A stretch of DNA of 64,000 bases from Octopus vulgaris (lineage: Eukaryota), in the NCBI GenBank assembly GCA_951406725.2, contig OX597835.1:18848001-18912000 (forward strand). Reading direction: 5' to 3'. Shown here piece after piece: positions 57,380 to 64,000 of this stretch. Every line of letters starts with the position of its first letter. The stretch's first letter is position 1. The translations under genes and the position numbers were made by a program. Below the pieces are notes generated by a model, which saw only the letters and a list, made by a program, of their open reading frames with translations, searched no databases and was not told the DNA's origin.

Positions 57380-57609
57380 TACTCTTTACTCTTTACTCTT
57401 TTACTTGTTTCAGTCATTTGACTGCGGCCATGCTGGAGCACCGCCTTTATTCGAGCAGCTCGACCCCGTGTCTTATTCTTTGTAAACCCAGTAATTATTC
57501 TATCGGTCACTTTTTGCCGAACCGCTAGGTGACGGGGACGCAAACACACCAGCATCGGTTGTCAAGCAATGCTAGGGAGACAAACACAGACACACAAACA
57601 CACAAACAC

Positions 57610-57703
<94 letters not shown>

Positions 57704-57846
57704 TACGACAGGCTTCTTTCAGTTTCCGTCTACCAAATCCACTCACAAGGCATTGGTCGGCCCGAGGCTGTAGTAGAAGACACTTGCCCAATATGCCACG
57801 CAGTGGGACTGAACCCGGAACCATGTGGTTGGTTAGCAAGCTACTT
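57380..57846 (-). mobile_element. SINE family A split by a 2.2 kb insertion; its 5' end resumes at 60053-60090
   Basis: ..GGTTGGTTAGCAAGCTACTT | insert | TAGCAAGCTACTTACCACACAGCCACTCCTGCGCC rebuilds the intact head. Confidence 0.93.
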
Positions 57847-60052
57847 TATTTCAAAACATTTGCGATAAAGGCAGTACACAGATTAAGTTAGCTTTGCGGG
57901 CTGGACGAGGACATTAATGAGGTGAATGATAATGAAAGAAAGATGATAAGGATGGGAGAAGACAAAAAGCGCCCGCCGACTTTCGCTTCTCTAAAACATT
58001 GTTCTTTTTAAAGATAAACACAAAACGAGGTATTAAACCTCTTACAATTTTTACAAAGCGAGGTATTAATCCTCTTACAATTTTTCAATTTTTGGACTTA
58101 AGTCCATTACTAATAATACATATCGTCCTCGAAATAGCTTGTGCCCTCCACCATCAACCACGCCTCCCTCAGAACGTAATCAAGTTCCGAGTTCGCGTCG
58201 CCCGGGACCAAGTTATAATCTTCATTGAGCTCCTTTAGCCCAAGCGTCACGTCGAACGCCACGGCCTCCACAGCTACCTGCGGAGGCCATTCGGGGTCCT
58301 GTGTGAAGGCTAAAGGTGCTCCCATGTAGTGCTCTTCCATCACTTTTTCAATTTCTCCTCCTCTATAGAAGAGGACCAATACGTTCAGTTCTTTCGTTGG
58401 CGGCACAGTTCCTGCCAACGGTATTCCTTCTCTTGTCGGTGGCACAACCCCAACCGACGTAGTTCCGGGACATTCCGGTGCTACACTGACAGCCGGTAAT
58501 GTCCCGTTTTTCTTCCTCTTTTTCTTTTTTTTCCCTTTTCAACTGAGGGAGGGTGCGTCTCCTCCGCGGCTGGAAGATTCTCCTTCCTCTCCTCATCCCT
58601 ATTATCCTTTGGTGAGCACCCATTGTTGCTCACCTTCCTCTTTCGGCCTCTGTTTGAGGAGTCCTCTGCTTTCTCGGCCGTTATCGTTCCCTCTTCTAGA
58701 GGGGTTTTACTTAACTGTTCCGGGATCCTATTTTGTTCCCGAGGACAGTTCTTCTTTATGTGGCCGGACTCCAAGCACCGATGACACTTAGTGGGGCGAC
58801 CCTCAAGCATCACCGGGTACCTGCACCCGGCCATTTTCAAAAAATCTGGAAGAACCAGATTGGCTGATTGGGTCCACAGGGTCAAAATTGCTTTTGACCC
58901 AACCCAAGCAGCCGCAGGAAGAACTTTTACATTAAGGAGCTTAGTTTCGCTGTCACCCAGACCCCGGCGGAGAGTCTCCTCTATCCACTCGGGTTCTATG
59001 TCGGGTGGCAATCCGCAGATCCAAGCTTTCATCAATTTCTTTTTTTTGTACGTGGGCAGGAATAAGATTTCCTTACCCTCCAGGGGTTTGCTAGCAAATT
59101 TGCAAGCCTCTTCAGGGGTGTCAAATAGCAACCACACCGTTGCATATTTGACACCCCTGGAAATGAATTTAATTGTTGGCAAATACTCTACCAACTCCTC
59201 CTCAATTGCCGACTTTTCGAATAGGGCGATGGTGTCGAGTGCCTTGGAGTAGGTTCTCAACACCACCGTCCTATCTTCACGGTCTTTTAACCACTTTTTA
59301 GGTGGTATGATTTCCCACTCCAAAATTTTGTTATTTTTCATTGCCATGTATTTTTTAAAATATATTCAAATTAAACACAAAAAGCAGGAAGAAAAAAGTT
59401 CAAAAGTCCAAATAAAATTTGATAGATTTTTGAAAAAACAAAAAGGAGAAAGCACAACAGAAGGGAAGAAACCAACGGAAAGTCGCAATAAAGAAAAAAA
59501 ACAAAAGGGGTGGTTAAATGAAGTTCAAAAGAAAGTTGATAAACAGAAAAAACACAGCAAAAATATTCTGGCCTTGCGGTACTTCCGGCCTGGGTTGAAC
59601 CTGGAACGCCGCAACTGCAACACAACCTCCACAAAAATGGGTCCGAAAGGTAATCCAATAGTGGCTTATTTTTATAATTTTCTTGCGAAGTACTCTGACA
59701 AGGGAATACATTCAACAAACCCAAACACAGCACTGGCTACCGCCAACGGTAATTTTAACAGTAACTGTATTGAATTCTGAGGATACGCCCCTCTACTGTT
59801 TTTTCTTTTTTTTTTTTTTCAATGAACACAAAAACGGCAGCCGCCGAGAGCAGGCGAAATTGTCTCAGAGTTGGACACAACTTACTGAAATAATAATTGG
59901 CACGCAATAAATTATGCCCAACTCATAATAAACAAAATCACTTACCTCGACAACTTTCCGTTTTTGGTCTTTTTTCTTTAATTGAACGGAGCTGATTGAC
60001 TCGCGTCCACTCTAGCTGAACAGGAAGCAACTGACTAATTGCGCATGTGCGC
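57847..60052 (-). mobile_element. Non-autonomous ORF1-only retroelement (HAL1-like architecture, Tx1-like) with 13 bp TSD
   Basis: TSD TAGCAAGCTACTT at 57834-57846 and 60053-60065; about 700 bp 5' UTR, gag-like ORF, short 3' UTR ending GAAATAAA; no EN or RT motifs seen. Confidence 0.85.
58481..59347 (-). CDS. ORF1/gag-like nucleic-acid-binding protein with CCHC zinc knuckle; probably continues in the -1 frame to 58110
   Basis: 288 aa; CHRCLESGHIKKNC is CX2CX4HX4C, preceded by VMLEGRP; AWICGLPPDI is RRM-like; basic low-complexity tail. Confidence 0.85.
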   Translation of the reverse strand: MAMKNNKILEWEIIPPKKWLKDREDRTVVLRTYSKALDTIALFEKSAIEEELVEYLPTIKFISRGVKYATVWLLFDTPEEACKFASKPLEGKEILFLPTYKKKKLMKAWICGLPPDIEPEWIEETLRRGLGDSETKLLNVKVLPAAAWVGSKAILTLWTQSANLVLPDFLKMAGCRYPVMLEGRPTKCHRCLESGHIKKNCPREQNRIPEQLSKTPLEEGTITAEKAEDSSNRGRKRKVSNNGCSPKDNRDEERKENLPAAEETHPPSVEKGKKRKRGRKTGHYRLSV

Positions 60053-60265
60053 TAGCAAGCTACTTACCACACAGCCACTCCTGCGCCTATATATAGAAGT
60101 ACACATTTGCGAGTTTTAGACGCCATAACTTCGACCTTATCGTTTAACTTTGTAAAAGCCGTTCCTAAATCAGTCTAGGATCATTGGATTTAAGTTGAGA
60201 CTAAACATTCCATATTAATTTCATTACGATGGGGTTCCTGTGTGCAGACGATAAAATAGTCAATG

Positions 60266-60610
60266 TCGTGGCATCTTGGGAAAGTGTCTTCTGCTATAGC
60301 CCCGGGCCGACCAATGCCTTGTGAGTGGATTTGGTAGACGGAAACTGAAAGAAGCCTGTCGTATATATGTATATATATATATGTATGTGTGTGTGTATGT
60401 GTGTCTGTGTTTGTTCCCCTAGCATTGCTTGACAACCGATGCTGGTGTGTTTACGTCCCCGTCACCTAGCGGTTAGGCAAAAAGAGACCGATAGAATAAG
60501 TACTGGGCTTAAAAAAAAGAATAAGTCCCGGGGTCGAGTTGTTCGACTAAAGGCGGTGCTCCAGCATGGCCGCAGTCAAATGACTGAAACAAGTAGAAGA
60601 GTAAAACAGA
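60266..60610 (+). mobile_element. SINE family A, 5'-truncated
   Basis: CGTGGCATCTTGGGAAAGTGTCTTC through GACTGAAACAAGTAGAAGAG. Confidence 0.92.
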
Positions 60611-60719
60611 GTAATATAGAGCTAACAACCAAGAAGCCGGTGACTTCGTTTTCTATACATAAGGTTATGTTAGAAAAAATATATTTAGCCTAGATGAATT
60701 ATTCCTAATTATATGATGT

Positions 60720-61214
60720 GACCTCCTTCGGTCATGAATGACCATGGAATTGCACCTAGAAAGTTACCCTCCGATGTTCAAGTCTGGGCAAGGTTGTTTA
60801 TGGAAGGCCAGCAGTCGCCCACGCATACCAGCCTCCCCTCTCCACGCCACCGATGTTATCCAAGGGAAAGGCAAAGGCCGATACAGCTCGGCTCCAGTAA
60901 CGTCGCAGCTCATTTATTAACGAGCAAGTGGCTGAGCACTCCACAGACACGTGTACCCTTAACGTAGTTCTCGAAAAGATTGAGCGTGACACAGAGTGTG
61001 ACAAGGCTGGCTCTTTGAAATACAGGTACAACAGAAACAGGAAGAAAGAGTGAGAGAAAATTGTGGTGAAAGAGTACAGCAGGGTTCACCACCACTCCCT
61101 GCCGGAACCTCGTGGAGCTTTAGGCGTTTTCGTCAATAAACACTCTGGGAATCGAAACCGCGATCCTACGACCACGAGTCCGCTGCCCTAACCATCGGGC
61201 CATTGCGCCTCCAC
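60720..61214 (-). mobile_element. Chimeric SINE: family C head/body fused to an unrelated tail; TSD-flanked
   Basis: About 60915-61214 matches family C; 60720-60915 does not; AATTATATGA(T/C)GT at 60707-60719 and 61215-61227. Confidence 0.85.
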
Positions 61215-61562
61215 AATTATATGACGTAATCTGGTAATATCTTCATTATCAATTTGCCCTTTCAGAACTAACGCTGCAATAAAAAAGAAAAGGGTTTGAA
61301 AACACCAATATATTTATTTAACACAAAATGAAAGAGAATTATGCTCCTAGATAATCTTGATTGCAATAAAAAGATATAAAGGATTAGAAGTGTAAATTCG
61401 AGGCCTGTATATTAAGATGATAATAACTGGTTTCTATTTACACAGCTATAAATTATGGCATGTGATGCAGAATCCGAAAAGATTTCTAAAAGTGTTAGAA
61501 TGTTATGTATTATAGAAATGCAATGTAGTCTTTGAAAGATCAACTCTTGTTCGTTAATGGTA

Positions 61563-61983
61563 TTAGCAGAAACGTTAGTGTGCCGGGCGAAATGCTTAAC
61601 GTTATTTCGTCTGCCGTTACGTTGTAAGTTCAAATTTCGCCGAGGTCGACTTTGCCTTTCATCCTTTCGTGGTCGATTAAATAAGTACCAGTTACGCAAT
61701 GGGGTCGATGTAATCGATTTAATACCTATGTCTGTCCATGTTTGTCCCCTCTGTGTTTAGCCCCTTGTGGGTAATAAAAAAAAATAATAATAGGTATTTC
61801 GTCTGCCGTTACGTTGTGAGTTCAAATTTCGCCGAGGTCGACTTTGCCTTTCCTTCTTTTCGGGGTCGATAAATTAAGTAACAGTTACGCAATGGGGGTC
61901 GATGTAATCGACTTAATACCTATGTCTGTCCAGTTTTGTCCCCTCTATGTTTAGCCCTTTGTGGGTAATAACGAAATAGGTAT
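61563..61983 (+). mobile_element. SINE family B head-to-tail dimer
   Basis: TATTTCGTCTGCCGTTACGTTGT..TTCAAATTTCGCCGAGGTCGAC occurs at about 61603 and about 61795. Confidence 0.9.
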
Positions 61984-62410
61984 TGCATGTAATTGAGCCA
62001 TTGAATGAGCCAAAAGAAATATAACCTTGAAGGAAATTGAACTGCGGTCGCAACGAGATTCGGTCTGTCGAAATACGGCGATTTTCTGATTCATCAACAC
62101 ACCAAGAAAAAAGAACATACAAGGAATGATGAAATATTCCAGAGGGAATATATTGACCAATATTAACTCGTTTTAATTACAAATCAAATGAAAGAAAATT
62201 TTCGTTAATCCCCCAATACATATACACATACCTACATAGATAAATATGTACATACAAATATTCATCCGCACATACGTAGTGAATTGTATATGTATGTATG
62301 TATGTATGTATCTATTTATCTATTAGGATAATGACACACACACAAACACACACATATATATATATATTTATATTTATATATATATATATATGTATGTATG
62401 TATATATATG

Positions 62411-62525
<115 letters not shown>

Positions 62526-63402
62526 TATATAATGGATTTATGTATGGGGACATATATGTATACAGTTAGAGGGAACGAGAGGGAAGCGAGAGAGTAATTT
62601 CAAGTTACATATATTGCTTAAATGAAAATTTTACACCATGATTAATTAAGACGGGTAAATATTTCCGTAGAGATGGTTGTTGACACAAATTTTGTTTATC
62701 AATGTAAATATTGTAGACGTAAAACTTGTTATGCGATGTGATATGAGGCGAGCAAGCGATGATGCGATATGTGGGTGGTGCGAACGGATGCAATCTTTTA
62801 AATGATAAATAAAAGCGGAAAAGCATCTCCAATCATTGTCAGTTGATTTAAAGAGTATCTCTATTAGTTTGGTTGTATCTATAATTAAAGTCCGAAAGAA
62901 AATAAACATACGTATATAAATACAAGAATATATGTACACACACATATATAAAAACGTATGCACACATACAAAGACATATATACACACCCACAAACACACA
63001 CACTCAATTATATATAGGGAGGCCCACATGAAAAACCATAGAATGCAAATAAGAAAAGCGTCCAAATATATACCTTTCATACAATCGTCTGGGGAATCGA
63101 GTTAAATCGAAACTTCTTTCTATTGAAGATGAAAAGGTGTAAGCTGTATACATAACATTAAATAAACGATGTTCTGTTACAGACGTAAATATATGTATGT
63201 GTGTGTGTGTGTTTGTGTGTGTGAGTTTTTTCCCCGCGTCTGTTTGTGCATATGTGTGTGTGAGTGTGTATGTATGTATATCTGGTTGTTCCTTGCTTCT
63301 CTGAGACGGCGTGTGTGTGGTTTGCATGTATATACCTATATGTATATATATATATATATATATATACGTATATCATATATATTTATACGTATAACATATA
63401 TT

Positions 63403-63462
<60 letters not shown>

Positions 63463-63476
63463 CATATATATCTACA

Positions 63477-63529
<53 letters not shown>

Positions 63530-63617
63530 TTGTTAAAGATGACAGTAAGCGTTGAGGCAAGGCAAACATCTCATATACATTATTATTATATACATTATTA
63601 TTATTGGAAAAATATTC

Positions 63618-63676
63618 AAAATCTTACAGCAGTTTCTGGGATATCCCAGCCTATGGGATATTCCCTCATCGGATAC
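63618..63676 (-). mobile_element. PLE-type terminal fragment with degenerate minimal hammerhead
   Basis: Minus strand CCGATGA-GGGAATATCCCA-taggc-TGGGATATCCCA-GAAAC-TGCT-GTA; long stem II; U4 changed to C. Confidence 0.55.
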
Positions 63677-64000
63677 ATATAGGGAAAATGAGAATGGTAT
63701 AGTTAATGAAATGAGGACATTGAGAACATGAGTAAAGGAATACGGATATGAAGAAAAGAGTAGCATAAAAGTCGGCAGCTCAAATTTTCGGTTTTGTAGA
63801 AATAAGTCCTTACGTCCTTAGCTGCAATCCCGCGTAAATCCATGAAGGTTCAAGTACTTATATTGTAATGTCCAGAAAAAAGAAGCGAACATGTCAACGT
63901 TCAATAATAGAATATAGTAAACGGAGGTGGGTATTAAGGGGCAAAAACAATGAAAAGTAAATAAATAGAAAGAAGCAGAAAGAATGAGTGAGGAAGTTAA

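Noticed and set aside
59307-59780. 157 aa Lys-rich + strand ORF, and 58791-59252
   Set aside because: Antisense to the T-rich 5' UTR and ORF1 of the retroelement
63070-63150. Possible minus-strand short exon (TACAG..GAAAG/GTATAT)
   Set aside because: Weak donor, no recognisable peptide and no partner exons

Overview
AT-rich, repeat-saturated eukaryotic DNA with no confidently identifiable host protein-coding exon. The SINE families and the dense (TA)n/(TAA)n/(TATC)n microsatellites point to a coleoid cephalopod, most likely Octopus (inference from recalled families, not a search). Most ORFs in the supplied track are translated microsatellites. Supported content: two tandem tRNA-Thr(TGT) genes; about 25 tRNA-derived SINE copies from three families, some with swapped modules; decayed Tc1/mariner transposons; Penelope-like (PLE) RT and GIY-YIG remnants; R4/Dong-like LINE fragments next to (TAA)n; and a Tx1-like LINE 3' end inside (TATC)n. 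Highlights: (1) two direct-repeat type I hammerhead ribozyme motifs with a roughly 350-370 bp monomer spacing once a SINE is removed, resembling a non-LTR retrozyme (23.0-24.0 kb); (2) a TSD-flanked 2.2 kb retroelement encoding only an ORF1/gag-like protein, inserted into a SINE tRNA head (57.8-60.1 kb); (3) about ten fold-back elements, several carrying hammerhead cores.
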